Source: a bacterium (GTDB lineage: Bacteria; Arandabacterota; Arandabacteria; Arandabacterales; JALGWA01). Taken from it: 41,779 bases of DNA. The position numbers were made by a program, and so were the translations under genes. Below the pieces are notes generated by a model. It was not told where the DNA came from. It was given only the letters and a program-made list of their open reading frames with translations, and did not search any database. This document shows positions 1-9,079 of the stretch, piece by piece; the stretch's first letter is position 1; each line of letters starts with the position of its first letter. The stretch lies in contig JASFEA010000010.1 in the NCBI GenBank assembly GCA_050125095.1, forward strand, positions 1-41,779, given 5' to 3'.

Positions 1-4
1 TTCG

Positions 5-1102
5 ATGCGAGAGCTTCTCGAGGAAATGGTCAGAAAGAAGGCATCGGATCTCCACCTGACGGCGGGGCTGCCGGCTCAGTTCCGTATCGACGGCGAGATC
101 ATGTCGTCTGATTCTGAGCCCCTTTCGCCGGAGATGACCAAGGCCCTCACCTACAGCATATTGAACGAGGAGCAGAGGAAGCGCTTCGAGATCGAGCGCG
201 AGTTGGACCTCTCGTTCGGAGTGAGGGGACTCAGCCGTTTCAGGGCCAACGCGTTCCTGCAGCGTGGGGTGGTGAGTATCGCTATCAGGCAGATACCGTA
301 CGAGATCCTCTCGCTCAAGGAGCTCGGGCTTCCCGACGTGGTCGACCGGCTGGCAAACAAAAACAAGGGTCTTATCCTGGTCACAGGGCCTACGGGCTGC
401 GGCAAGTCGACGACTCTGGCTTCGGTGGTGGATAAGATCAATACCGAGAGACGTTGCCATATAATCACGATCGAAGACCCGATCGAGTACGTGCATCACC
501 ACAAGCGCTGCATAGTGAACCAGAGAGAAGTCCAGGCCGACACGCATTCATTCGCGAACGCACTCAAGTACGTTCTCAGGCAGGATCCGGACGTCATACT
601 CGTGGGCGAGATGAGGGACCTCGAGACCATACAGGCGGCGCTGACGATTGCCGAGACCGGCCATCTGACGCTGGCCACGTTGCATACCAACTCGACCTAT
701 GAGGCGATAAACCGTATGGTCGATGTTTTCCCCGAGCACCAGCAGGGCCAGATCGTGGCGCAGCTGGCCTTCGTGCTGGAAGGCGTCATCACCCAGCAGC
801 TCATGCCGCGGATCGGGGGCAGGGGCAGGGTGCTCGCCTGCGAGGTCTTGATCTGCACGCCGGCGGTGAAGGCGCTGATACGAGAAAAGAAAGTGCACCA
901 GATATATTCCCATATGCAGGCCGGACAGAAATTCGGCATGCAGACTATGAACCAGGCGCTATACAAGCTCTATGTCACGAGGGAAATCTCGCTCGAAGAG
1001 GCGATGGGAAGGAGCCCTGATATCCAGGAACTTGAACAGATGCTTTCGAGAAAGGGCGTACTGGGCTCCGCATGTGATCGCGTCGGAAGCAGTCGCCTGT
1101 AG
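5..1102 (+). CDS. pilT: Type IV pilus retraction ATPase PilT (N-terminus may extend just outside the window)
   Basis: ASDLHL N-terminus, Walker A GPTGCGKST, TIEDPIE, LRQDPDVILVGEMRD, AETGHL, TLHT, AVKALIRE (AIRNLIRE-like) and GMQTM motifs. Confidence 0.95.
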   Translation: MRELLEEMVRKKASDLHLTAGLPAQFRIDGEIMSSDSEPLSPEMTKALTYSILNEEQRKRFEIERELDLSFGVRGLSRFRANAFLQRGVVSIAIRQIPYEILSLKELGLPDVVDRLANKNKGLILVTGPTGCGKSTTLASVVDKINTERRCHIITIEDPIEYVHHHKRCIVNQREVQADTHSFANALKYVLRQDPDVILVGEMRDLETIQAALTIAETGHLTLATLHTNSTYEAINRMVDVFPEHQQGQIVAQLAFVLEGVITQQLMPRIGGRGRVLACEVLICTPAVKALIREKKVHQIYSHMQAGQKFGMQTMNQALYKLYVTREISLEEAMGRSPDIQELEQMLSRKGVLGSACDRVGSSRL

Positions 1103-1116
1103 AGAGGTGGTTTGAG

Positions 1117-2331
1117 TTGGCTACTACTTATGTTTGGAAGGGGAAGACCGCTGGCGGGCATGTGACCAGCGGTGAGATGGCCGCGGAATCCCGGAGCGAC
1201 GTGATCAAGCAGCTGCGCTCGAAAGAAGTAGTCGTGACCTCGCTCAAGGAGAAGGAGAAAGCGGCGCGCTTTACGCTTTTCGGCGGCCGCGGGGTGTCGA
1301 CCAAGGACCTCGCGGTATTCACGAGGCAGTTCGCGACAATGATCAATTCGGGCCTGCCGCTCGTGCAATGCCTGGACATCCTGGGGGCACAGGCGGAGAA
1401 GGAACATCACAGGAAGATCATTCACACCGTAATGAAAGACGTGGAATCGGGTGCCACCCTGGCCGACGCTCTCGCCAGGCACCGCGAGGTATACAGCGAC
1501 CTGTATATCAACATGGTGGATGCGGGTGAGGCCGGTGGCGTGCTGGACGTGATTCTCTCGAGACTGGCGACCTATCTCGAGAAAATGGACGCCCTGAAGC
1601 GGAAGATCAGGAGCGCGATGATGTACCCGGCGGTCGTGTTCATCGTCACCGTGGCGGCGACCATCTTCATGCTCGTGTTCATCATCCCGACTTTCGCCAG
1701 ACTCTACGCCGACTACGGCGGTCAGCTCCCGGCGCCGACGCGGATTGTCATGGGAATAAGCAACGTCATACGAAACCAGTGGTACGTTCTCGGCGGTGTC
1801 ATACTGGGGCTATTCTACGGAATAGGCAAGTACTATAAGACCAAAGGCGGCAGGAAGAAGATAGACAAGTTCCTTCTCAGCGTCCCCGTCCTGGGCGGGG
1901 TGCTTCTCAAGGCGTCCATCGCGAGGTTCACGAGAACACTCGGCACCCTCGTCTCGAGCGGTGTCCCCATTCTCGAGGGCCTGGAGATAACGGCCCGCGC
2001 AGCCGGTAACGCGGTGGTCAAAGAAGCCGTCATGAAGACCAAGGCGAGCATATCGACCGGGCAGACCATATCCGAGCCCCTCAGGCAGTCGGAGGTGTTC
2101 CCGCCAATGGTCGTTCAGATGATCTCTGTCGGCGAAGAAACCGGCGCCCTGGACGCTATGTTGTCCAAGGTGGCTGACTTCTACGACGACGAGGTGGATA
2201 CGGCCGTCGAGGGCCTGACATCGGTCATCGAACCCATCATGATCGTGGTGATGGGCGCGGTCGTCGGCGGAATGGTGGTAGCAATGTATCTGCCCATATT
2301 CAAACTCGTAACCGTAATGATGGCAAAATGA
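1117..2331 (+). CDS. pilC: Type IV pilus platform protein PilC (T2SSF family)
   Basis: FTRQFATMINSGLPL, GEAGGVLD, SAMMYP, GEETGALD, EPIMIV..MYLPIF; TTG start after GAGGTG RBS. Confidence 0.95.
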   Translation: MATTYVWKGKTAGGHVTSGEMAAESRSDVIKQLRSKEVVVTSLKEKEKAARFTLFGGRGVSTKDLAVFTRQFATMINSGLPLVQCLDILGAQAEKEHHRKIIHTVMKDVESGATLADALARHREVYSDLYINMVDAGEAGGVLDVILSRLATYLEKMDALKRKIRSAMMYPAVVFIVTVAATIFMLVFIIPTFARLYADYGGQLPAPTRIVMGISNVIRNQWYVLGGVILGLFYGIGKYYKTKGGRKKIDKFLLSVPVLGGVLLKASIARFTRTLGTLVSSGVPILEGLEITARAAGNAVVKEAVMKTKASISTGQTISEPLRQSEVFPPMVVQMISVGEETGALDAMLSKVADFYDDEVDTAVEGLTSVIEPIMIVVMGAVVGGMVVAMYLPIFKLVTVMMAK

Positions 2332-4067
2332 GAAACGAAAGCCCCGACATTCAGAGTAGCGATTTCATGCGCCTGTGCAAGACGGTCATAGTCTTCAGGG
2401 CCATACTTGTCGGGGTAGCGCTTTCCATAATCGCTTTCCTGATGGGAGCCGGCATACATGTAAGGGGCGGCATACCTGTGGGCGGGCTGTTGCTTGTCGT
2501 GTTCCCGCTCACGGCGATATGGTGGATCGCGCTCAAGTCGAATCTCAGCCTCCGGAAGCTGGTTTATTCGCAGGTCGTCGCCGACCTGGCGATCGAGACG
2601 GGCATCATTTTCTATACGGGGGGCGCGACGAGCCAGCTCACGCTCCTCTACCTGGCCACTATCTTCGTCGTAAGCATCTTCTTCTATCTTAGGGGAGCGA
2701 TAGTGGTGGCGTCGCTGTCGGCGGCGCTTTATATATCCGCCTCACTCGTGCATTGGCGGCAGGTGACGCTTGCCGGGGAAGCGGGGACGTATGATCTCGC
2801 AAGCAGCTATATGATATTCCATATAGCCCTGCAGGTCGCGTTCTTCTACCTCATAGCCTTCCTGAGCGGGCATCTCTCGCAGCGGATACAGCTGTCTTCG
2901 GCGCGGCTCAAAACGACGACTTCGGAGCTCAAGCATGCCCGCATGGACACGAACTCAATAGTCGAGAGCATGAACAGCGGGCTGCTGACGGTCGATCCGG
3001 ACGGCATTATAACCGAGATGAACTCCTCAGCGGAGTCCATACTCGCCCTCGTGCGCGGCGAGACCAGGGGGCGTTGCATCGAGGACGTCATAGTACCGAT
3101 ATCCCCGGAACTTCACCGCAAGGTCCTGGCGGCTATCAGCGAGGGCAGGGAAGAGGGCCGGGGCGAGGTAAACGCGCTGGTGAACGGCGGCAGAAGGGTG
3201 CCCCTGGGGGTCAGCATATCCGTCCTCAAGGGCGACGCCGGCGAACGGAGGGGAGCGGTCATCGTCTTCCAGGACCTGACTCAGGTAAAGGAGATGAGGG
3301 ACAAGGTAAGGCTCTCGGACCGGCTCGCGGCGCTCGGTGAGCTCTCGGCGGCGATCGCGCATGAGATCAGAACGCCGCTGGCCTCCATATGCGGGTCCAT
3401 AGATATGTTGAGGGACACCAGCCTGAAGCCGGAGGACAAGAGGCTCATGGGGCTGGTGGTCAAGGAATCAGAGAGGCTAAGGAGGATAATAGACGACTTC
3501 CTTGAGTTCGCCAGATCCCGTTCTTCGCAGTTCACGGCGGTGCCGATGGACTCGCTTCTCCAGGAAGTGGTGCATCTGGCGAGAAACCATCCTTCTTTCG
3601 CCAGGGGGGTGGAAATACGCCTCGAGGCCTCGCCGGGGCTCGTTGGCCATGTCGATGAAGGCCGCATCAAGCAGGTGTTTTTCAACCTGGCCCTGAACGC
3701 GGTTGAGGCCGTCCAGGAGGGGGGCTTTCTGGAGATCAACCTGGAGGGATACACCTCATCGGACGGGGAGGACTACATACGGGTCGTTTTCAGAGACAAT
3801 GGCAAGGGCATCGACCGGAACGACATGCGCAAGATCTTCGATCCGTTCTTCACTACGAAGAAGGAGGGCACGGGCCTCGGGCTGGCAATCGCCTCCAATA
3901 TCGTGGGCGAGCACGGCGGCAGGATCGAGATAGACAGCCAGAAGGGAGCAGGTACGGTAGTCAAGGTCTACCTGCCAGTGGATAAGAGCGGAACGGAAGA
4001 ACCAGAACTGACACCCATCGGATGCGGACACGGTACCGGAGCTAAACAACAGACCGGAGTAATGTAG
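2328..4067 (+). CDS. pilS: Membrane sensor histidine kinase, PilS-like (about 6 TM, PAS, HisKA, HATPase)
   Basis: Hydrophobic N-terminus; PAS (SMNSGLLTVD); H-box AHEIRTPL; NLALNA; DNGKG; FDPFFTTK; GTGLGL; lies between pilC and the pilR-like gene. Confidence 0.88.
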   Translation: MRNESPDIQSSDFMRLCKTVIVFRAILVGVALSIIAFLMGAGIHVRGGIPVGGLLLVVFPLTAIWWIALKSNLSLRKLVYSQVVADLAIETGIIFYTGGATSQLTLLYLATIFVVSIFFYLRGAIVVASLSAALYISASLVHWRQVTLAGEAGTYDLASSYMIFHIALQVAFFYLIAFLSGHLSQRIQLSSARLKTTTSELKHARMDTNSIVESMNSGLLTVDPDGIITEMNSSAESILALVRGETRGRCIEDVIVPISPELHRKVLAAISEGREEGRGEVNALVNGGRRVPLGVSISVLKGDAGERRGAVIVFQDLTQVKEMRDKVRLSDRLAALGELSAAIAHEIRTPLASICGSIDMLRDTSLKPEDKRLMGLVVKESERLRRIIDDFLEFARSRSSQFTAVPMDSLLQEVVHLARNHPSFARGVEIRLEASPGLVGHVDEGRIKQVFFNLALNAVEAVQEGGFLEINLEGYTSSDGEDYIRVVFRDNGKGIDRNDMRKIFDPFFTTKKEGTGLGLAIASNIVGEHGGRIEIDSQKGAGTVVKVYLPVDKSGTEEPELTPIGCGHGTGAKQQTGVM

Positions 4068-4069
4068 AG

Positions 4070-5464
4070 ATGGCAGGCGAGAGAATTCTTGTTGTCGAAG
4101 ACGAAGAGGGAATGCGGGAATTCCTCAGTATCCTTTTTGCCAAAGAAGGATATGAAGTAACCACATGCGAATGTGGTGCCGACGCCATTGCGAAGTTCAA
4201 GGAACAGAATTTCCACCTGGTAGTCACTGACATCAAGATGCCGGGAATCGATGGCATTGAGGTGCTGACGCAGATCAAGGAGATCGAGCCCACGGTCCCG
4301 GTCATAATAATGACCGGATATGCCTCCATGGAGACGGCCATCGAGGCCGTCAACAAGGGCGCCTATTCCTACCTGCGGAAGCAGACGAGCAACGATGAGA
4401 TCAAGCAGATCGTCAAGAAGGCGATCGAAATGCGGTGGCTTCAGAAGGAGAACAAGCTCCTCAAGCAGCAACTCCGGAAGAACCACACCAACAGGAAGAC
4501 CATCGGTAAGAGCGAACAGATCAAGCAGGTATTCACTCTCATCGACAAGGTCGCCGAGACCGACTCAACCATCATGATATACGGGGAGAGCGGTACGGGT
4601 AAGGAACTCATCGCCAGGGAGATTCACTATAAGAGCAAGCGGACGGACGGACCGTTCGTGTCCATTAACTGCGGCGCGCTTCCCGAGACGCTTCTCGAGA
4701 GCGAGCTGTTCGGCCACGTCAGGGGCTCTTTCACTGGGGCGGTGAGGGACAAAGAGGGTCTCTTTGCGGTCGCGAAGGGCGGGACCTTCTTCCTGGATGA
4801 AGTGGGAGAGACCAGCCCCGCCATCCAGGTCAAACTCCTGAGAGTCCTGCAGGAGAAGGAAATCATCCCGGTTGGAGGCACAAAGCCCATCAAGGTTGAC
4901 GTCAGGCTGATAGCCGCAACCAACGCCGACCTCGAAAAGAATGTGGACGACGGCGTTTTCAGGGCCGACCTCTTCTACAGGTTGAACGTGATTCCCGTGC
5001 GTATACCGCCCCTCAGGATGAGAAAGGACGACATTCCCCTGCTGGTGGACCATTTTCTCAAGGTCTATTGCGATCGGACGGGTAAGGCGCCGAAGACGAT
5101 ATCTTCGGAAGCCGTGGATTGCCTCGTCAGGTACGAATGGCCCGGGAACGTACGCGAGCTCGAGAACTCGATAGAGCGCGCGGTTATACTGCAGGAAGGC
5201 AGGCTGATTGTGCCTGAGGATCTCCCGCAGAAGGTCAGATTCGGCAACAGAGAGCGTTCGGCAACGGTGGTTTCAACCTGCAATATCACGCTCGAGGAGC
5301 TTGAGAAGGAGTACCTGCTAAAGGTGCTTGACGAGGTCGGATGGCGCAAGAAGAAGGCTGCGGCGATACTGGGCATAAATCCATCGACTCTTTACAGGAA
5401 GCTCCAGCGCTACGGCTTCGAAACGGGTCCCCGGGAGACGGTTGAAGTTGCGAAAACGGAGTAG
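4070..5464 (+). CDS. pilR: Sigma54-dependent response regulator, PilR-like (REC-AAA+-HTH)
   Basis: REC (VVEDE, TDIKMP), GESGTGKE, GSFTGA loop, FLDEV, FRADLFYRLNV, WPGNVREL, GINPSTLYRKL HTH; directly upstream of a sigma54 promoter and the pilin. Confidence 0.9.
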   Translation: MAGERILVVEDEEGMREFLSILFAKEGYEVTTCECGADAIAKFKEQNFHLVVTDIKMPGIDGIEVLTQIKEIEPTVPVIIMTGYASMETAIEAVNKGAYSYLRKQTSNDEIKQIVKKAIEMRWLQKENKLLKQQLRKNHTNRKTIGKSEQIKQVFTLIDKVAETDSTIMIYGESGTGKELIAREIHYKSKRTDGPFVSINCGALPETLLESELFGHVRGSFTGAVRDKEGLFAVAKGGTFFLDEVGETSPAIQVKLLRVLQEKEIIPVGGTKPIKVDVRLIAATNADLEKNVDDGVFRADLFYRLNVIPVRIPPLRMRKDDIPLLVDHFLKVYCDRTGKAPKTISSEAVDCLVRYEWPGNVRELENSIERAVILQEGRLIVPEDLPQKVRFGNRERSATVVSTCNITLEELEKEYLLKVLDEVGWRKKKAAAILGINPSTLYRKLQRYGFETGPRETVEVAKTE

Positions 5465-5469
5465 AAATG

Positions 5470-5522
5470 TGCATGTTGCAATGCAAGTCGCGAGTGATGC
5501 AAATCGCAATCCGCATATTGCC
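5470..5522 (+). promoter_or_regulatory. Candidate enhancer (UAS) for PilR: four GCA-N3-YGC units
   Basis: TGCAtgtTGCA 5470, TGCAagtCGCg 5482, TGCAaatCGCA 5498, CGCAtatTGCc 5512; they lie 53-105 bp upstream of the -24 box; an IHF-like AATCAAtgtgATA (5538-5550) lies between them and the promoter. Confidence 0.5.
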
Positions 5523-5574
5523 TGCTATTTCATTAAAAATCAATGTGATAGCAGACGCCCCGGAAATGCCGGTT

Positions 5575-5590
5575 TGGTACGGCGTTTGCT
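5575..5590 (+). promoter_or_regulatory. Sigma54 -24/-12 promoter of pilA
   Basis: TGGTACGGCGTTTGCT = GG-N10-GC, near consensus TGGCAC-N5-TTGCW. Confidence 0.85.
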
Positions 5591-5678
5591 CTGGTAAGAG
5601 AGTGAATCGAATAGAAAATCGAATAAGAAAGTGAATCGAATCTGGGTCAAAGGGACCTAGGCGAAGGAGGTGAACAAG

Positions 5679-6101
5679 ATGTTCAACCAGAAGGGTTTTA
5701 CACTGATCGAGTTGATGATCGTCGTGGTTATTATCGGCATCCTTGCCGCTATAGCTATTCCGAACTTCATCAGCATGCAGGATAGGGCCAAGGAAGCCAG
5801 CGTTAAGGCCAATATGCATACGGCGCAGCTTGCTTTCGAGGACTTCGCTGTCCAGTGTGACGGCGTCTATCCGGACGACGGTACCTCCGCCACGCCTGGC
5901 GGCGATACGGTCGAGGATATGTGTCCCGGCGGCGCTTATCCCGAGAATCCTTTCACTGGCGCGGCCACCGTGTTCACGTGGGACGCGGACCCCGCTGCTC
6001 AGGGTGTGATCGGAGCTAACCCGGCTAATACCACTGACTACGAAATCAAGGGCTACGGCAAGTCGGCATTGTTCCCGCTCACGCTGACGACAGGTATGTA
6101 G
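5679..6101 (+). CDS. pilA: Major type IVa pilin
   Basis: Prepilin site QKG|FTLIELMIVVVIIGILAAIAIPNF; AGGAGGT RBS 7 nt before ATG 5679 (preferred to GTG 5670); own sigma54 promoter and terminator. Confidence 0.93.
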   Translation: MFNQKGFTLIELMIVVVIIGILAAIAIPNFISMQDRAKEASVKANMHTAQLAFEDFAVQCDGVYPDDGTSATPGGDTVEDMCPGGAYPENPFTGAATVFTWDADPAAQGVIGANPANTTDYEIKGYGKSALFPLTLTTGM

Positions 6102-6123
6102 TTCGGGGAAATACTTCGATCCA

Positions 6124-6155
6124 AAGGCGGCAGCTTCGGCTGCCGCCTTCTTCTT
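6124..6155 (+). terminator. Intrinsic terminator after pilA (interrupted U tract, probably leaky)
   Basis: AAGGCGGCAGC-TTCG-GCTGCCGCCTT perfect 11-bp stem, then CTTCTT. Confidence 0.8.
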
Positions 6156-6231
6156 ACGCCCCGCCTTCTCTAAAGTACCCGGCTTTGAGAGCCGAAGACT
6201 ACACCGAGGGACTGTAGATTCGGAGACGAAT

Positions 6232-7272
6232 ATGCCCATTCTCGAATTCAGACAGGTCAATAAGGTCCTCAAATCGGGCCTCATGCGGAGACCCGTGTAC
6301 GGCCTCGGACCTTTGAATCTCAAGGTGGAGGCGGGTGAGATATTCGGCTATCTAGGCCCCAACGGGGCCGGCAAGACCACCTCCATAAAACTGGCCATGG
6401 GGATACTGCGGCCTGACTCGGGTGAGGTCCGGTTCTTCGGACGACATTCGGGAGGCAGCGAGGCCAGGAACAGGGTTGGCTTCCTGCCGGAGCGGCCCTA
6501 TTTCTACCAGCACCTGACCGCCTTCGAGCTCCTGGACTTCTACGGTGAGCTCTTCGGCATATCCGGGCCGACCCGCCGCGAGCGCGCCATGCGGCTTCTC
6601 GATATGACGGGTCTTAAGGAGTCTGCGCATACCAAGCTCTCCAAGTTCTCTAAAGGCATGCTACAGAGAGTCGGTTTCGCGCAGGCCCTCATAAACGACC
6701 CCGAAATCGTCATTCTCGATGAACCCCTATCCGGCCTGGATCCCACCGGAAGGCGTCAGATTCGAGACCTGGTGCTGGGCCTGCGCTCGACCGGGAAAAC
6801 GGTCTTCTTCAGTTCCCATGTTCTGCAGGATGTCGAGATGATATGCGACCGGGTGGGCATTCTGCTCAACGGGAAGCTGCTCAGGGCGGCGACGATGAAA
6901 GACATCCTCTCGGAGACCCTGAGATATATCGAGGTAGTCGTGGAGGGGCTCAATGGTGAGACGCTAAGGGATCTGGGTTTCGACGGCTCTGAAGATAAGG
7001 CGGGAAGCGTGTTTCTGAGGCTTGGTTCCGACGAGGAGGCCGGGGAGGCGGTAAGGGCAATATCCCGGGCCGGGGGCAGGATTACGTCCATGGTCCCGCA
7101 AAGGCAAACCCTTGAAGACTACTTCATGAGAAATATCTCGGAAGACGCGGCGCCTGAAAATAAGCCGCCTGAGATGCCGCGGACCCCCGCGCTGTCCGAA
7201 GAGGCGTCGGCGGCGCTGTCGGCGATTACAAGGCGCAGGGGCAATGCGGACAAGGTGGGAGTGGAGCATTGA
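6232..7272 (+). CDS. ABC transporter ATP-binding protein (Myxococcus PilH / Geobacter Xap-like, pilin-associated)
   Basis: GPNGAGKTT, FSKGMLQR signature, ILDEPLSGLDP, SSH; located right after pilA. Confidence 0.88.
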   Translation: MPILEFRQVNKVLKSGLMRRPVYGLGPLNLKVEAGEIFGYLGPNGAGKTTSIKLAMGILRPDSGEVRFFGRHSGGSEARNRVGFLPERPYFYQHLTAFELLDFYGELFGISGPTRRERAMRLLDMTGLKESAHTKLSKFSKGMLQRVGFAQALINDPEIVILDEPLSGLDPTGRRQIRDLVLGLRSTGKTVFFSSHVLQDVEMICDRVGILLNGKLLRAATMKDILSETLRYIEVVVEGLNGETLRDLGFDGSEDKAGSVFLRLGSDEEAGEAVRAISRAGGRITSMVPQRQTLEDYFMRNISEDAAPENKPPEMPRTPALSEEASAALSAITRRRGNADKVGVEH

Positions 7273-8039
7273 TGGTAAGGATACTGGCCATAGCGAAAAA
7301 CACCTTCAGGGAGGCGGTGAGAGGGAAGCTCTTCGTGGCCATCGGCGTCTTCGGGCTGATACTCATGGTCTCGAGCGCCGTCGTCGGACCGCTTTCTCTG
7401 GGCGAACAGGCGCGTATAACCCAGGACCTGGGGCTGGCCGGCATGTCAATGCTCGGCTTCATGGTCGCCGTCCTCATCGGTACTGGCATAGTCTATACCG
7501 AAGTGGAAAGGCGGACCATATACACCGTAATCGCCAAGCCCGTGGAGAGGTGGCAATTCGTGCTGGGGAAGTTCGCGGGGCTGAACGCCACCGTCACCGT
7601 GCTCGTAATCGGCATGACGGTGATCCTGGTGGGCGCCGCCTGGATGGAATTGGGATATTTCAAGCCGCAGCTCTTCCAGGCAGTTCTGCTTACCTGGGTT
7701 GAGCTCATGGTGCTCACGTCGCTTTCAATACTGATGTCCGTGATCTGCTCTCCCATACTCGGAGCCATCTTCACCTTCCTTCTCTATATTATAGGCCACA
7801 CAAGCGGCGACCTGCGCGAGCTGGCCCAGCATTTCGGTTCAGGCGCCGTCAAGGGCGCCACCAACATCGCCTATTTCGTGCTGCCCAATCTGGAGTACTT
7901 CAATATAAGAGCCAAGGTCATACACGGCGTCCACGTTGACGCCGCGTATATGGTCTTTGCCTGCGCATACGGCCTGCTCTACTGCGTCGCATTCCTGGCA
8001 CTGGCCGGCGCCATTTTCGAGAAGAAGGAGTTCAAATGA
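7272..8039 (+). CDS. ABC-2 type permease (Myxococcus PilI-like)
   Basis: IAKNTFREAVR, EVERRTIYTVIAKPVERWQFVLGKF, LPNL, C-terminal FEKKEF; about 6 TM. Confidence 0.85.
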   Translation: MVRILAIAKNTFREAVRGKLFVAIGVFGLILMVSSAVVGPLSLGEQARITQDLGLAGMSMLGFMVAVLIGTGIVYTEVERRTIYTVIAKPVERWQFVLGKFAGLNATVTVLVIGMTVILVGAAWMELGYFKPQLFQAVLLTWVELMVLTSLSILMSVICSPILGAIFTFLLYIIGHTSGDLRELAQHFGSGAVKGATNIAYFVLPNLEYFNIRAKVIHGVHVDAAYMVFACAYGLLYCVAFLALAGAIFEKKEFK

Positions 8040-9079
8040 GAGCCCGGTCCCCGGTTGTCTTCGCGCTGGCTTTCCTTATTTGCGGCGCCTGCATATGGCG
8101 GACCGGGGCCTACCTGGACCATCGCAGGTACTCCGGGGACATCTCGGAGGAGATGATGTACTTCCCCTCGGGCAAGCTGACCGAGATCGCCAGCGTCGGC
8201 TTCGATTCGCTCGCCTCCGTGATGCTCTGGCTCCGGGGAATCCAGTACTATGGGGCACACCGGCGCACCGACAAGTACTACCTTCTTGCCGAGCATATCT
8301 TCCAGACAATCACCGATCTGGATCCCAACTTCATAAATGCCTACAGGTTCGGCGCGTTCGTCATCAGCCAGGACATGGGGCAGCCCGCCGGAGGCGCCGA
8401 ACTGCTGAGGAAGGGCATAAGGAACAACTACATGGTCTGGGAGCTCTACTTCGACCTGGGGTTCCTGTATTTCGTCGACGTCGAAGACGAGAGGAAGGCC
8501 GCGCATTACTTCAATATGGCCTCAAGGTTCGCGGAAGCGCCCGAAATCGCAAAACGCTTCTCGGCCTTCGCCTACAAGCGGTCGGGCGATTACGCCGTGT
8601 CCAGGAAGCTCTGGGAAGAAATATACGAATCGACGACCAACGAAGCCATGAAAGAGAACGCAGCGTACGCGCTCAGGATGCTCGACCTCGATGAAAGCGT
8701 CCGCCGGCTCAACCTGGCGGCGGACGAGTACCGGGCCCGTCACGGGTCCGAACCCGGGGATGTGGGCGACCTGGTCAGGTCCGGAATCGTCCGTGCCCTG
8801 CCCGACGACCCGTTCGGGGGCCGCTATTTCATGGATTCGCGTACCGGGCAGGTGCTCAGCACTACCAAAGTGAAAGAAGAGGCCGGCCGCATAACGCGGT
8901 CGCTCCAGAAGAAGGTGGACTATTACTTCGAGAAGAGAAGCTCTTACCCGGAGTCCCTGCAGGCCCTGGAGGAGGAGAGTCTCATCACCGAACTGCCATC
9001 CGTCGACGGCGCCGCCATCGTATATGACCGGGCAACCGGTGAGGTGCGCTACACGCTGACCGAGGAAAGCCATACTTAA
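8036..9079 (+). CDS. Membrane-anchored TPR-like protein with C-terminal GspG-like module(s) (Myxococcus PilG / XapA-like)
   Basis: N-terminal TM; LWLRGIQYYG, ITDLDPNF..AY, WELYFDLGFLYF helical repeats; LPDDPFGGRY pseudopilin-like motif. Confidence 0.7.
   Translation: MRARSPVVFALAFLICGACIWRTGAYLDHRRYSGDISEEMMYFPSGKLTEIASVGFDSLASVMLWLRGIQYYGAHRRTDKYYLLAEHIFQTITDLDPNFINAYRFGAFVISQDMGQPAGGAELLRKGIRNNYMVWELYFDLGFLYFVDVEDERKAAHYFNMASRFAEAPEIAKRFSAFAYKRSGDYAVSRKLWEEIYESTTNEAMKENAAYALRMLDLDESVRRLNLAADEYRARHGSEPGDVGDLVRSGIVRALPDDPFGGRYFMDSRTGQVLSTTKVKEEAGRITRSLQKKVDYYFEKRSSYPESLQALEEESLITELPSVDGAAIVYDRATGEVRYTLTEESHT

Noticed and set aside
5679-6101. PilA as an electrically conductive e-pilin
   Set aside because: The mature protein is 134 aa with F1, F24, F50 and Y58, but M27 and K32 replace aromatic positions; no multiheme cytochromes in the window
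5286-6323. 345-aa minus-strand ORF over pilA
   Set aside because: Antisense to pilR, pilA and its promoter; no recognisable motifs
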